From Thermodesulfobacteriota bacterium (GTDB lineage: Bacteria > Desulfobacterota > Desulfobacteria > Desulfobacterales > C00003060), in the NCBI GenBank assembly GCA_034189385.1, contig JAXHVD010000001.1, positions 128,001 to 192,000 on the forward strand: a stretch of DNA of 64,000 nucleotides. The letters are read 5' to 3'. The position numbers were made by a program, and so were the translations under genes. Below, piece by piece: positions 17,571-27,728 of the stretch. How positions within the stretch are numbered: position 1 is the first letter of the stretch; each line of letters begins with the position of its first letter. The notes beneath the pieces are model-generated. The model was not told the origin of the DNA. It made no database searches and was given only the letters and a program-made list of their open reading frames with translations.

Positions 17571-19988
17571 ATGGAGAAGAAGTTAGGTGTTTATATCTGC
17601 AAGGGTTGCGGGATCGCTGAGGCCCTTGATATGGATCGGTTGGAAAAGGTCGTTCCCCCGAAGATAGAGGTCCGCAAGACCCATCCCATTTTGTGCTCCC
17701 CGGAAGGCGTTGAGCTTATCAAGCAAGATATTGCCAACGAGGGCGTGAACACAGTCGTCATCGCGGCCTGTTCCCGTCGCGTTCTCTACGATGTCTTTGA
17801 TTTCGGCCCAAACGTGGTGCAAAGGGTCAATCTTAGAGAGGGTGTCGTCTGGAGTCATAAGCCTAATGAGGAGAACATGATTGGGGAAGAAGGCGGCCCC
17901 CAGGTAGATGAACTGATTCAGGAGATGGCAGAAGACTATCTGCGTATGGGGATGGCAGAGGCTGAGAAGGTGCAGCGCCCCGAGCCGTATCAGCTACCGG
18001 AACCTATTAACAAGCGTATTTTGGTCTTGGGAGGCGGGGTTGCCGGTTTGAGTGCGGCACTGGAGGCGGCCAAGACTGGCTATGAAGCGATGGTGATTGA
18101 AAAGGAAGCCGAAGTGGGAGGCTTTGCAGCAAAGCTCCGCAAGCAGACGCCGTGGACCTATCCCTATGAGGATGCGCAAGAGCCTGTGATTCAACAGATC
18201 ATCAAGGAGGCAGAAGCCCATCCCAAGATCGAGATCCGCACCAATACAGAGGTGGCGCGCATTGCGGGACAGCCGGGAGACTATGGTGTCACCTTCAAAG
18301 ATGCAGGGACCAAGAGCGTGTGGGATGTCATGTCCAAAGAGGAGGAGGCGGCCATACTTGAGAAATTGGCCGAAGAAGGACAGGCTGCAGGCGCCCGAGA
18401 ACCCTCGCCTGATGAGCCCCACACCATTTTGAGCACCAACCCCGATGCAGAGAAGTTCGGGGCCGTGGTTCTGGCCACGGGCTGGAAGCCCTGGGAGTTG
18501 AAGGAAGAGGCTGAAGAAGCGCCAGAGGCAGCCGAGGGCGAAGGGGCCGAGGAGGCCAAGAAGGAAGAGGCCAAAGAAGGGGAAGGAGAAGAACCGGCAG
18601 TAGAGGAGCCCACGTATGAGCACCTCGGCTTTGGCAAGTTTCCTGATGTGATTACCAATGTGGCCTTGGAAGAGATGGCCGGAGAGGGTAAGATTATTTG
18701 TCCGTCCACGGGCAAACCGGCCACCAGCGTGGCCTTTATCCAGTGCCCTGGCCAGGGTACGGATGAAGACTTTCCCTATGCTGCTGCCATCACCAGCATG
18801 GTTGCCTTGAAGCAAGCCAAATACGTTCGGGAAGATAACGCCGATGCCAAGGCCTACATCTTCTATCAACACATGCGCACCTTGGGACAGACCGAGTACT
18901 TCTATAAGAGTGCCCAGCAGGACGAAGGGATCTTTCTGACCAAGGGAGATGTGGTGAGCGTGTCTGAAAATGGAAACGGCTCCCTCGTGCTGGAGGCCAA
19001 GGACACCCTTCTTGGCGGGGATATCAAGGTGGCAGTGGACTTGGTGGTGCTGGCGACAGGCATGGTCCCTACGACGAAGGATGATCCGGTCATGAACCTG
19101 GCCTATCGACAAGGTCCTGGTTTTCGTGATCTTGAACTTTTTGATGGGTATCCAGATTCCAATTTTATCTGTTTCCCCTATGAAACACGCAGGACCGGTA
19201 TCTATGCGGCCGGGTGCGGCAGAAGGGCCATGAGCATCCAGGAGAGCCGGGTCGATGCCGCAGGGGCGGCCCTTAAAGCGATTCAGTGTATTGAATCCGC
19301 AAACCGGGGCGTGTCCGTGCATCCCAGGTCCGGCGATATGACCTTTCCTGACTTCTTCTTCCAGCGATGCACCCAGTGCAAACGGTGCACAGAGGAATGT
19401 CCCTTCGGGGCCTTGGATGACGATGAGAAGGGAACCCCACTCCCCAACCCCACCCGCTGCCGTCGTTGCGGCACGTGCATGGGGGCCTGTCCCGAGCGTA
19501 TCATTGGATTTGCAGACTACAATATCGACTCCATTGGCTCGGCGATCAAGGCCATGGGCGTGCCGGAAGAGGAAGAAAAACCCAGGGTCCTTGTTCTGGC
19601 GTGCGAGAACGACGCCTATCCGGCCTTTGACCAGGCGGCCCTCATGGGTTTGACCTATTCGCCTTTCATAAGGGTCATTCCGGTGCGATGCCTTGGGTCG
19701 GTGAATGTGGTATGGATCAAGGACGCCCTGTCCAAAGGGGTGGATGGGGTCCTGGCCATAGGCTGTAAATATGGCGATGACTACCAATGTCACTTTGCCA
19801 AGGGAAGCGAGTTGTTCAGTATCCGAGCGGACAAGATCGGCGAGGCCCTGGTGAGTCTGGCCCTGGAGAAGGAACGTGTGCAGCAGGTCCAGATCGCCAT
19901 TGACGAATGTGACAAGATTCCTGGTATCATCCAGGACTTCATGGCAACCATAGAAGAAGTGGGCCCCAATCCCTTTAAGGGCTTCTAG
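17571..19988 (+). CDS. qmoB: QmoB (HdrA/MvhD-like fusion)
   Basis: SNFICFPYETRRTG, two ferredoxin motifs, CENDAYPA, VRCLGS, GCKYGDDYQCHF. Confidence 0.95.
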   Translation: MEKKLGVYICKGCGIAEALDMDRLEKVVPPKIEVRKTHPILCSPEGVELIKQDIANEGVNTVVIAACSRRVLYDVFDFGPNVVQRVNLREGVVWSHKPNEENMIGEEGGPQVDELIQEMAEDYLRMGMAEAEKVQRPEPYQLPEPINKRILVLGGGVAGLSAALEAAKTGYEAMVIEKEAEVGGFAAKLRKQTPWTYPYEDAQEPVIQQIIKEAEAHPKIEIRTNTEVARIAGQPGDYGVTFKDAGTKSVWDVMSKEEEAAILEKLAEEGQAAGAREPSPDEPHTILSTNPDAEKFGAVVLATGWKPWELKEEAEEAPEAAEGEGAEEAKKEEAKEGEGEEPAVEEPTYEHLGFGKFPDVITNVALEEMAGEGKIICPSTGKPATSVAFIQCPGQGTDEDFPYAAAITSMVALKQAKYVREDNADAKAYIFYQHMRTLGQTEYFYKSAQQDEGIFLTKGDVVSVSENGNGSLVLEAKDTLLGGDIKVAVDLVVLATGMVPTTKDDPVMNLAYRQGPGFRDLELFDGYPDSNFICFPYETRRTGIYAAGCGRRAMSIQESRVDAAGAALKAIQCIESANRGVSVHPRSGDMTFPDFFFQRCTQCKRCTEECPFGALDDDEKGTPLPNPTRCRRCGTCMGACPERIIGFADYNIDSIGSAIKAMGVPEEEEKPRVLVLACENDAYPAFDQAALMGLTYSPFIRVIPVRCLGSVNVVWIKDALSKGVDGVLAIGCKYGDDYQCHFAKGSELFSIRADKIGEALVSLALEKERVQQVQIAIDECDKIPGIIQDFMATIEEVGPNPFKGF

Positions 19989-19996
19989 TCAGGTCT

Positions 19997-20024
19997 GGGG
20001 TCAGGCCTGGCCTGGCCCCTTTTT
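19997..20024 (+). terminator. Terminator-like hairpin between qmoB and qmoC
   Basis: GGGGTCAGGCC-T-GGCCTGGCCCC then TTTTT. Confidence 0.5.
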
Positions 20025-20086
20025 ATCATTACTTCGCATAGTGCAGTTGGGCGAATGAGGTCTTAATGGCATGAGGAGGTAGGAAA

Positions 20087-21235
20087 ATGGCAGAAAGTAA
20101 ATGGGTGGAACCTGACGTCAGTTTCGTCAAAGAGCTCAAGGCCTTGGGAGGAGATACGCTGAAGAAGTGTTATCAGTGCGCCACCTGTTCGGTCGTGTGC
20201 CCCATCTCTCCGGAGGAACAACCCTTTCCCAGAAAAGAGATGATCGCGGCCCAGTGGGGGCTGAAGGACAAGCTGGTTGGCAACATGGATGTCTGGCTTT
20301 GCCATCAGTGTAATGATTGTTCAACGTACTGTCCGAGAGGCGCAAGGCCTGGGGACGTGCTCAATGCGGTGAGAGCCTATAGTATTCGTGAGTACGCCTG
20401 GCCCAGTTGGCTTGGCAAGATTGTGCCTGATGGCAGATTCTGGTGGCTCCTGCTGGCCATACCAGTGGTTATTTTTCTTGTGCTCCTCAACGCCATCGGC
20501 CATTTGCACATACCAGAAGGCGAAATCGAATTCGCCAAATTCTTCCCCACCCTGTGGGTGGACCTTGTTTTTGTTCCTCTTTCAGTCATTTGGATCCCCC
20601 TTACATTCGGGATCGGCATCTACAGGTTCATGACCGACATGCACAAGAAGGCTTTGGCAGAGGGCAAGACAAAGCGCAAGGACTTGAATATTCCCGATTT
20701 TCTAAAGAGTATCCTGTGTACGCTGCCGACTATTTTGAGGCACAACAAATTTTCCCAGTGCACTCAAAACAAAGACAGGTACGTTCCCCACATGCTTGTC
20801 CTATTTTCCTTTCTGGGACTCTTTGTGGTGACCAATTGCTTCTTCGTGGCCTTGTACATTCTCCAGTCGCCTGGGCCATATTCCCTGGCCAATCCGATAA
20901 AGATCCTGGCCAATGTGAGCGCCATTGCGCTTTTCGTGGGCGGTTTATTGATGATCGCAAACCGCATGAGGGACAGGGGCGACAATGTAGGCAAGGGGAG
21001 CTACTTTGACTGGTCTCTGCTCATCTTAGTCTTTGGGCTTGCCGTTACTGGCGGCGGGTCCGAGTTGTTGAGGCTGGCCCACGTGCCCAATGTGGCCTAC
21101 CCCATGTATTTTGCCCACCTTGTTTTTGTTTTCTGTCTCTTTGCTTACTTACCCTTTTCTAAACTTGCTCATCTGGTCTACCGCACCTTGGCCATGTCCT
21201 ACTCACGCTATTCTGAGAGAGAGCCGTGTGAGTAG
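20087..21235 (+). CDS. qmoC: QmoC (HdrC/HdrE-like membrane subunit)
   Basis: CYQCATCSVVCP, CHQCNDCSTYCP, TM helices, YLPFSKLAH. Confidence 0.95.
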   Translation: MAESKWVEPDVSFVKELKALGGDTLKKCYQCATCSVVCPISPEEQPFPRKEMIAAQWGLKDKLVGNMDVWLCHQCNDCSTYCPRGARPGDVLNAVRAYSIREYAWPSWLGKIVPDGRFWWLLLAIPVVIFLVLLNAIGHLHIPEGEIEFAKFFPTLWVDLVFVPLSVIWIPLTFGIGIYRFMTDMHKKALAEGKTKRKDLNIPDFLKSILCTLPTILRHNKFSQCTQNKDRYVPHMLVLFSFLGLFVVTNCFFVALYILQSPGPYSLANPIKILANVSAIALFVGGLLMIANRMRDRGDNVGKGSYFDWSLLILVFGLAVTGGGSELLRLAHVPNVAYPMYFAHLVFVFCLFAYLPFSKLAHLVYRTLAMSYSRYSEREPCE

Positions 21236-21266
21236 TCTTCGCTAAAAAAGAACCACGAGACAGTAA

Positions 21267-21313
21267 GGCCCCTTGGTTGTGCAGAGTGGAATGGACCAAG
21301 GGGCCATTTTTTT
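21267..21313 (+). terminator. Terminator after qmoC
   Basis: GGCCCCTTGGT...ACCAAGGGGCC then ATTTTTTT. Confidence 0.7.
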
Positions 21314-21342
21314 GCCCGTCTGAAGGGACGACTGAACGAACG

Positions 21343-21381
21343 AAAAAAAAGGGGAGAAACCGTGTTGGTCTCTCCCCTTTT
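21343..21381 (-). terminator. Terminator after sat (possibly bidirectional)
   Basis: A8-GGGGAGA...TCTCCCC-TTTT. Confidence 0.75.
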
Positions 21382-21414
21382 CAATGTCACGTGAAAACTG
21401 TTGTAATGAAAAAA

Positions 21415-22695
21415 CTACGTTGCGTCGCCGGTGGCGGCACCGTGCAGTTTGATCTCCACCTTTTCCGTCAACCCTTCGTAGTACTCTCTTAGAATGGCCA
21501 GGACCTCATCACGTCCAAAGTGATCTGGAATCTCGCCGCCCTCTGACAGGAGTTTGCGGAGCATGGTCCCGCTCAGGATCACGCGGTCTTCCTTGGTATG
21601 GGGGCAGGTCCTCAAAGATGCCATGCCGTCGCACTTGTAGCAGTAGAAGGTCCAGTCGATTTTAAGGGGCTTGCAAAGCAAGGCCTTTCCAGGTTCTTCG
21701 GGATAAGGGATCTTGTCAAAGATGGTCTGGGCCTCGAACATGCCGTAGAAATCACCCACACCAGCGTGGTCGCGGCCGATGATCATGCGGGAAACGCCGT
21801 AGTTTTGGCGGAAGCATGAGTGAAGCAGGCCCTCTCTTGGGCCGGCATAGCGCATGTCCATGGGATATCCGCCCTGAACGCACTTGTCTTCCACAAAATA
21901 GTTCTTCACGAGTACGTCGATGCATTTCACGCGTACGTCGGCAGGGATATCACCGGGCTTTAGATTGCCGACGAGGGAATGGATGAAACAGCCGTCACAG
22001 ACCTCGATGGCGATCTTGCAGAGGTATTCGTGGGACCTGTGCATGGGGTTCCTGAGCTGCATAGCTGCAACCTCGGTCCATCCTCTTTCTTCAAAGATCT
22101 TTCGTGATTCAGCAGGCTTCATGTAGATGCCCTTGTACTTGGTGGGAAACTGGGCTTCACTCAAGACCTTGACTGGTCCTGCCAGGTTGACCTCTTTCTG
22201 GTTCATGACCATCTCGACGCCCGGGTGGTCCTCTTCCGCGATCTTCCAAAATTCCGCGGGATCCGGAACCCCTTCACCCATGAAGACCTTCTCGCACTCC
22301 CACTTCTTATCTGCCTCGGTCATCTCGAATTTTTCCGTGACCTTCATGGTTGCGCGAATCTCTTCACGTTTGGGGTCAAAAAGGGCAATCTCGTCGCCTT
22401 CATTGATGGCGTCAGCATCTGCTTTTGAGGCAGACAGGGTCACGGGGACGGGCCAAAAGGTCCCGTCGGCAGTGAGAAAGTTCTCGCACACGCCCTTCCA
22501 GTCCGCCTTGGTCATAAAGCCGTCAAGGGGACTGAAGGCACCAATGCCCATCATGATGAGGTCGCCGTTTTCACGGGGCGAAATCTCGATCTTTTTCAGA
22601 CCTTCAGCCTTTTTCTTTTCTGCTTCCAATTCCGCGCCTTCAAGCAGGCAGCAGACCAAGCCTTTTCCGCCATGAGGTGGAATGAGTTTTGACAT
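21415..22695 (-). CDS. sat: Sulfate adenylyltransferase (dissimilatory)
   Basis: [43 protein letters not shown]. Confidence 0.98.
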   Translation of the reverse strand: MSKLIPPHGGKGLVCCLLEGAELEAEKKKAEGLKKIEISPRENGDLIMMGIGAFSPLDGFMTKADWKGVCENFLTADGTFWPVPVTLSASKADADAINEGDEIALFDPKREEIRATMKVTEKFEMTEADKKWECEKVFMGEGVPDPAEFWKIAEEDHPGVEMVMNQKEVNLAGPVKVLSEAQFPTKYKGIYMKPAESRKIFEERGWTEVAAMQLRNPMHRSHEYLCKIAIEVCDGCFIHSLVGNLKPGDIPADVRVKCIDVLVKNYFVEDKCVQGGYPMDMRYAGPREGLLHSCFRQNYGVSRMIIGRDHAGVGDFYGMFEAQTIFDKIPYPEEPGKALLCKPLKIDWTFYCYKCDGMASLRTCPHTKEDRVILSGTMLRKLLSEGGEIPDHFGRDEVLAILREYYEGLTEKVEIKLHGAATGDAT

Positions 22696-22965
22696 TTCCT
22701 TACGTCTCCTTTCTTTATTTGACTCACACTTTTTATGGATCTTCAAGGCTCAAACTCAAAAACACAGTCTGGGGTATTGTCTTAGACTCTCCTCCTTTCT
22801 TGTGATGAGTAACTGTCTATATATTCAGAGGCTTCCTCTAACAAAAAGAGTCATCACAGTCTGCTTCAGCACGGACCTTTCGCACCCCTCTTGTTCACCT
22901 GCGGCCGTAACATATTAGACTGAAAGTTTTAGGGAAATCCCAGATGGAGGGTATACAACATAACG

Positions 22966-22994
22966 TGTCTAGTACAAACCCACCCTTTTGTCAA
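22966..22994 (-). promoter_or_regulatory. Candidate sigma70 promoter of sat
   Basis: Minus strand TTGACA-N17-TAGACA, same boxes as upstream of aprB. Confidence 0.55.
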
Positions 22995-23328
22995 GGACAA
23001 GATGCCCCAGAAAAAGGAAAAATAGGAACCCATGAGGGATCTTGTCTCACGCCGTCTATGAGCAGCTGGCAACCGTGTTGGGTTGACAGAGACTTTATCT
23101 TCCTGTGAAGGCTTAAGAAGAGCGCCATGGGTTCTGCCTCATACGCCCTTTTCAGATTTTAAATGAAAGACAGCAACAGGTGTGCCACGACAAGGCTCAC
23201 CGGAAAACAGAGATAACCCGATGGAAATAAAAAGGATGAATCTCATAACAGGGATCGTTTCCCTGTCGGCAAATGCTGGTGGGTGTCAGCTTTCTTTACA
23301 CGTCGTAAAGTACATTCTTCTCCTATGA

Positions 23329-24309
23329 CTACATTTGTCGGGCCACCACATAGTCGGCCAGGTCTTTGAGGAGGGAACGGGTGTTGGAGGCTTCAAAGAT
23401 GTTGAGATATTGCTTGGCCTGATCAATTCTTTCCTGTGCCCGTTTTCTGGTATATAAGATTCCGCCGTATTTGTTAACGAGATCTAATACTGTGTGGAAC
23501 TCTTTCCCCTCGCTCTTCTCATTTCTAATGATGGTTTCCAAATAGAGTCGGTCTTTCTTTGTGGCGCGATGGAGGGCGTAAATCAGAGGAAGCGTCAGCT
23601 TGCCCTCTCTCAAATCTGTTCCTGTGGCCTTGCCCAAGACTCCTGGGTCTGCCGTATAGTCTAGGAGGTCATCCACCAATTGAAAGGCCACTCCCAGCGA
23701 ATATCCATATTGAGCCAGGGCTGTTACGTGATTCTCTGGTGCCCCTGCCAGTAAAGCCCCTGACTGACAGGCCGCCTCGATAAGGCAGGCGGTCTTTGCT
23801 CTGATGACCTCCATATACTTCCCCTCGTCCAAGGCGAGGTCGCCTTTGTACAAGAGCTGATGGATTTCCCCTTCAGACATTTGGGCAGTCGTGCGGGCAA
23901 GAACGTCAATGATGGCCATCTGATCGGACCTTGCTGCAATGGCGATGGAGCGGGCAAGCAGGAAGTCCCCCACCAGTACAGTCCCAGGAGCCCCCCAGAT
24001 TGAATGGGCCACAGGGTTTCCCCGACGGATGTCAGCGTCGTCGACCACGTCATCGTGGAGCAACGTAGCAGCATGAAGGTATTCAAAGACAACGGAAAGC
24101 GTCGTGGCGTAGTCTCCCTGGTAGCCGCACAAACGGGCACAGAGGATGGTAAGAAGGGGGCGGACCCTCTTACCGCCGCTGAACATGATGTATTTGGCCA
24201 CGTGGGACACAAAAGGAAGATAGGGTTTAAGGTTTTCTACAAGGGCCTTTTCTACGTTCACCAGGTCTTGCTGGACTGCGTCCAGTATCTTTTCCTTCAG
24301 AGCTTTCAC
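23329..24309 (-). CDS. Long-chain polyprenyl diphosphate synthase (IspB/HepT-like)
   Basis: GGKRVRP, LLHDDVVD..RRG, FQLVDDLLDY, DLREGKLTLP. Confidence 0.93.
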   Translation of the reverse strand: MKALKEKILDAVQQDLVNVEKALVENLKPYLPFVSHVAKYIMFSGGKRVRPLLTILCARLCGYQGDYATTLSVVFEYLHAATLLHDDVVDDADIRRGNPVAHSIWGAPGTVLVGDFLLARSIAIAARSDQMAIIDVLARTTAQMSEGEIHQLLYKGDLALDEGKYMEVIRAKTACLIEAACQSGALLAGAPENHVTALAQYGYSLGVAFQLVDDLLDYTADPGVLGKATGTDLREGKLTLPLIYALHRATKKDRLYLETIIRNEKSEGKEFHTVLDLVNKYGGILYTRKRAQERIDQAKQYLNIFEASNTRSLLKDLADYVVARQM

Positions 24310-25643
24310 ACTCTAACCCCCATGAGGTCATATTCATGGGCAGCTGTAATCCTTACCTTCACGAACATCCCCTCCTTTGCTTTTCCTTCGTGGATGTGAA
24401 CGATTCCATCGATGTCTGGTGCCTGAAACCAGGTCCTGCCTACGCACCCTCCACGGGTCTCTTCCGCAGGGCTTTCCACCAGCGCCTGCAGAGTCTGGCC
24501 TATATACTTCTGAGTATTCGCCCCAGACAGTTCTGCTTGCCGAGTCATGAGGCGGTGAAAACGTTCTTGCTTCACTTCCTCTGCCACATGACCGTGCAAT
24601 GCGTTGGAGGGAAGATCCTTGGCGCCGGAATACATGAAGGCCCCGAGGTGGTCAAACCGGACCTCTTCGATGAAATCAAGGAGAGATTGAAAGTCAGCCT
24701 CTGTCTCCCCTGGAAACCCCACCATGACTGTCGTGCGAAGAACTGCGGCTGGCACTTGCTCACGTATTCGCTCAAACAAGCCAAGGAGGTCCCCACTCTT
24801 ATTGGGACGGCCCATTTTTGTTAAAATAGACCCACTCACGTGCTGTATTGGAATATCAAAATACGAACAAAGCCTGTCATGGGTAGCAATGGTTTCAATG
24901 AGTCCATCTGTGACATAGTTGGGGTGGCCATAGAGCGTCCGTATCCACTTCAGCTGGGAAAGGGAGGCCAACTCGCTAAGGAGATGGTCAAGGCCATAAC
25001 CCCGGCCCAAGTCTCTGCCATAAGCCGTCGTATTCTGAGCCACCAATATCAATTCCTGGACCCCTGATTCGGCAAGGGCCCTGGCTTCTGAAAACACCTC
25101 TTCCATGGGACGGCTCCTGTGGGGTCCTCTGAGTTTTGGAATAATGCAGTAGGTGCATTTATCAGAGCACCCCTCAGCGATCTTCACGTAGGCCGTGTGT
25201 GAAGGGGTGGCCCGGACTCTCGGGACTCCTTTGTCGCTTATGGGTGCTATTTCGGGCGGGGGCAGGAGCACTGGGCGTCCTTTTAGGGCCCCCTGGGCAG
25301 CTTCGGTGATGCTGTCAAAGGCCCCTGTGCCCAAGAAGCAATCCACTTCTGGAAGTTCTTCAGCCAGGTCTTTGCCAAACCGCTGAGGAAGGCATCCTAC
25401 CACGATGAGCCTCCGTTTCGGGTCCTGTTGTCTCCAACTTCCCATCTCCAGAATCGTATCAATGGACTCATCTACAGCAGGCTGGATAAAGCTACAGGTG
25501 TTCACCACGACACAGTCTGCGTCGGACGCCTCTGAGGTGATCGTGTGACCCGCCTCGAGAAGACGACCTAGCATGATCTCGCTGTCCACCAGATTCTTGG
25601 GACAACCCAGGCTGATAAGATGGATGTTCATAGAGTCAGTCAA
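24306..25643 (-). CDS. rimO: Ribosomal protein S12 methylthiotransferase
   Basis: SLGCPKNLVDSE, KIAEGCSDKCTYCIIP, C-terminal TRAM domain (APDIDG). Start could be the ATG at 25631. Confidence 0.95.
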   Translation of the reverse strand: MTDSMNIHLISLGCPKNLVDSEIMLGRLLEAGHTITSEASDADCVVVNTCSFIQPAVDESIDTILEMGSWRQQDPKRRLIVVGCLPQRFGKDLAEELPEVDCFLGTGAFDSITEAAQGALKGRPVLLPPPEIAPISDKGVPRVRATPSHTAYVKIAEGCSDKCTYCIIPKLRGPHRSRPMEEVFSEARALAESGVQELILVAQNTTAYGRDLGRGYGLDHLLSELASLSQLKWIRTLYGHPNYVTDGLIETIATHDRLCSYFDIPIQHVSGSILTKMGRPNKSGDLLGLFERIREQVPAAVLRTTVMVGFPGETEADFQSLLDFIEEVRFDHLGAFMYSGAKDLPSNALHGHVAEEVKQERFHRLMTRQAELSGANTQKYIGQTLQALVESPAEETRGGCVGRTWFQAPDIDGIVHIHEGKAKEGMFVKVRITAAHEYDLMGVRV

Positions 25644-25663
25644 GGGGTCTGAAGTGCCTAAGG

Positions 25664-25705
25664 CAAAAAAACAAAGAGCAAGGAACTATCTACCTTGCTC
25701 TTTGT
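25664..25705 (-). terminator. Terminator after etfBA
   Basis: ACAAAGAGCAAGG-N9-CCTTGCTCTTTGT preceded on + by an A run. Confidence 0.8.
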
Positions 25706-25736
25706 CCTTACTAGGTACAAGTTGCCTTAGTTACCA

Positions 25737-26705
25737 TTACCTCTCAAGTTTCCTGAACTGGGCTGTCAAGGCAGGAACCACGTTGAAAAGGTCTTCCACG
25801 ATGCCATAGTCGGCCTTTTTGAAGATAGGGGCCTCCGGGTCCTTGTTAATGGCCACAATATACTTGGAGGTTCCCATGCCGGCCAAATGCTGAATGGCCC
25901 CTGATATTCCGCAGGCGATATAAAGGCCGGGGGAAACGACCTTGCCAGTCTGTCCCACTTGATCTGACTGAGGGCGCCATCCTTCGTCCACCGCAGACCT
26001 TGACGCACCAACAGTTCCGCCCAGAACCTCGGCCAGTTCCTCAAGGAGACTGAAGTCGGGGCCTCCCATACCACGGCCACCGGACACGATGATATCGGCC
26101 TCGGTAAGATCCATCTTGGCAGCCGTCTCCACTCTTTTTTCTAAAAGTCTTGTCTTGACAACACCAATGTTGACTGAAATTTTTTCAACGTCGGCAGCTC
26201 GTTCTGCCTCCACGACTTCCATCACGTTCGGGCGTATGGCTGCTATCTGAGGTGTTCCCTGAACGGAGACTTCAGCCAACACCTTGCCGCCGAACATGGG
26301 CCGGGTGGCGATAAGCGCGTCTCCGTCTACCCTTAGGGAGACACAATCCATCGCAAGGCCGGTGTCCAAATGAGCGGCTACCCTTGCAGATAGGTCTTTG
26401 CCCCCCATGGAGGCCCCCAGCAAGAGAACCTTGGGATCGGACTTTCTGACGATGTCGCAGACCACGTTGGCATAGGCGTCTGTCGTGTAATCGGCCAGCG
26501 CTGGATCATCTCCTACCAGGACCTTGTCTGCTCCATACTTTCCCAATTCCGGTGCAATAGCCTCTATGCCAGAACCGAGTACGACCCCAGTGAGCGATTC
26601 ACCCAAGGTGTCAGCCACCCTCCTTCCCTCACTCACAGCCTCATAGGCAATCTTTCGAAAAGCGCCGCCCACTTGTTCTGCAACGACCAGGACCCCTTGT
26701 GCCAT
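25737..26705 (-). CDS. etfA: Electron transfer flavoprotein alpha subunit
   Basis: SGGRG, QVGQTGK, GISGAIQHLAGM, INKDPEAPIF. Confidence 0.95.
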   Translation of the reverse strand: MAQGVLVVAEQVGGAFRKIAYEAVSEGRRVADTLGESLTGVVLGSGIEAIAPELGKYGADKVLVGDDPALADYTTDAYANVVCDIVRKSDPKVLLLGASMGGKDLSARVAAHLDTGLAMDCVSLRVDGDALIATRPMFGGKVLAEVSVQGTPQIAAIRPNVMEVVEAERAADVEKISVNIGVVKTRLLEKRVETAAKMDLTEADIIVSGGRGMGGPDFSLLEELAEVLGGTVGASRSAVDEGWRPQSDQVGQTGKVVSPGLYIACGISGAIQHLAGMGTSKYIVAINKDPEAPIFKKADYGIVEDLFNVVPALTAQFRKLER

Positions 26706-26766
26706 CGTATGTTCTCCTTTTCCTATTCCTCGGTTTCCGATCCACGAATCACAGACGTCGGTGAAC

Positions 26767-27555
26767 CTAAATAATCTTCGCTTCTTCTCTGAGCAATCTA
26801 ACCAGTTCAGCGGCCTTGGCCTCTGGGGTCTCCCCCTCCACGATTTTACCCGGCGACCTTTCAGGCGGCAAGGATAGGGTCATCACCCTGCACTTGGCGC
26901 CGCCTTTTCCTACTTCACTTGGATCCAGGCCCAGGTCGTCGAGATTCTTTTTGGCCAACGGCTTCTTCTTTGCTTTCATGATACCCGGAAGGGACGCATA
27001 CCTCGGTTCATTAATGCCTTTTTGGGTCGTAAAAAGGGCTGGCAGCTCGGCCTCCACGACCAAGGTCCCTCCCTCAATGGTGCGCTCACAGACGATCTTC
27101 CCTTCGCGGACCTCCTCCTTTATAACCATGGAGACCTGGGGAATGCCCAGCAATGCGGCAACAGCTGCAGGAACCTGATAGCCATCATCGTCCACTGCCC
27201 GTTGACCTGCGACAAGCAGATCATGGGGCGTCTCCTTCAAAGCTTGAGCCAGTACCTTGGCCGTGCCAAGGGCGTCTCCTCCTTCGGTAGAAGGATCATC
27301 GATGAGTATGCCTTCGTCTGCACCCATGGCAAGGGCGGTTCGGATAGCCTCCACAGCCCTTTCGGGCCCAACGCTGAGGATGGTGACCTTGCCTCCTTGA
27401 GCCTCCTTGATCCGAAGCGCCTCTTCAACAGCGAACTCGTCATACGGGTTCATGACCCACTTGACGTCTTGTGTCTTGATAGAAGTCCTGTCCTCAGCAA
27501 TCTGAATCAAGGTCTCTGTGTCCGGAACTTGTTTGAGCAAGACGACAATTTCCAC
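26767..27555 (-). CDS. etfB: Electron transfer flavoprotein beta subunit
   Basis: KQVPDT, NPYDEFAVEEAL, ALAMGAD, NEPRYASLPGIMKAKKK; GTG start after AAGGAG. Confidence 0.95.
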   Translation of the reverse strand: MEIVVLLKQVPDTETLIQIAEDRTSIKTQDVKWVMNPYDEFAVEEALRIKEAQGGKVTILSVGPERAVEAIRTALAMGADEGILIDDPSTEGGDALGTAKVLAQALKETPHDLLVAGQRAVDDDGYQVPAAVAALLGIPQVSMVIKEEVREGKIVCERTIEGGTLVVEAELPALFTTQKGINEPRYASLPGIMKAKKKPLAKKNLDDLGLDPSEVGKGGAKCRVMTLSLPPERSPGKIVEGETPEAKAAELVRLLREEAKII

Positions 27556-27728
27556 CTTGTGACTCCTTTCCAATATGTCTCGGTTCGATCCTGGCCAAAT
27601 CGTCCAGAATCTGTGACGACACCATCAGTCTTTGGTTGTGGCGGCCCTGAGTCAGCCTCCAAAGATGTAGAACTGGCCGGTACATATGGCAAAAGACGAA
27701 AGAAATGTCAAGGGCATGGGAGACTATT

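Noticed and set aside
17994..19793. 599-aa antisense ORF (and similar long shadow ORFs over aprA, sat, the carboxyltransferase and etfB)
   Set aside because: They lie opposite well-supported genes and have no recognisable motifs; this is a codon-bias effect.
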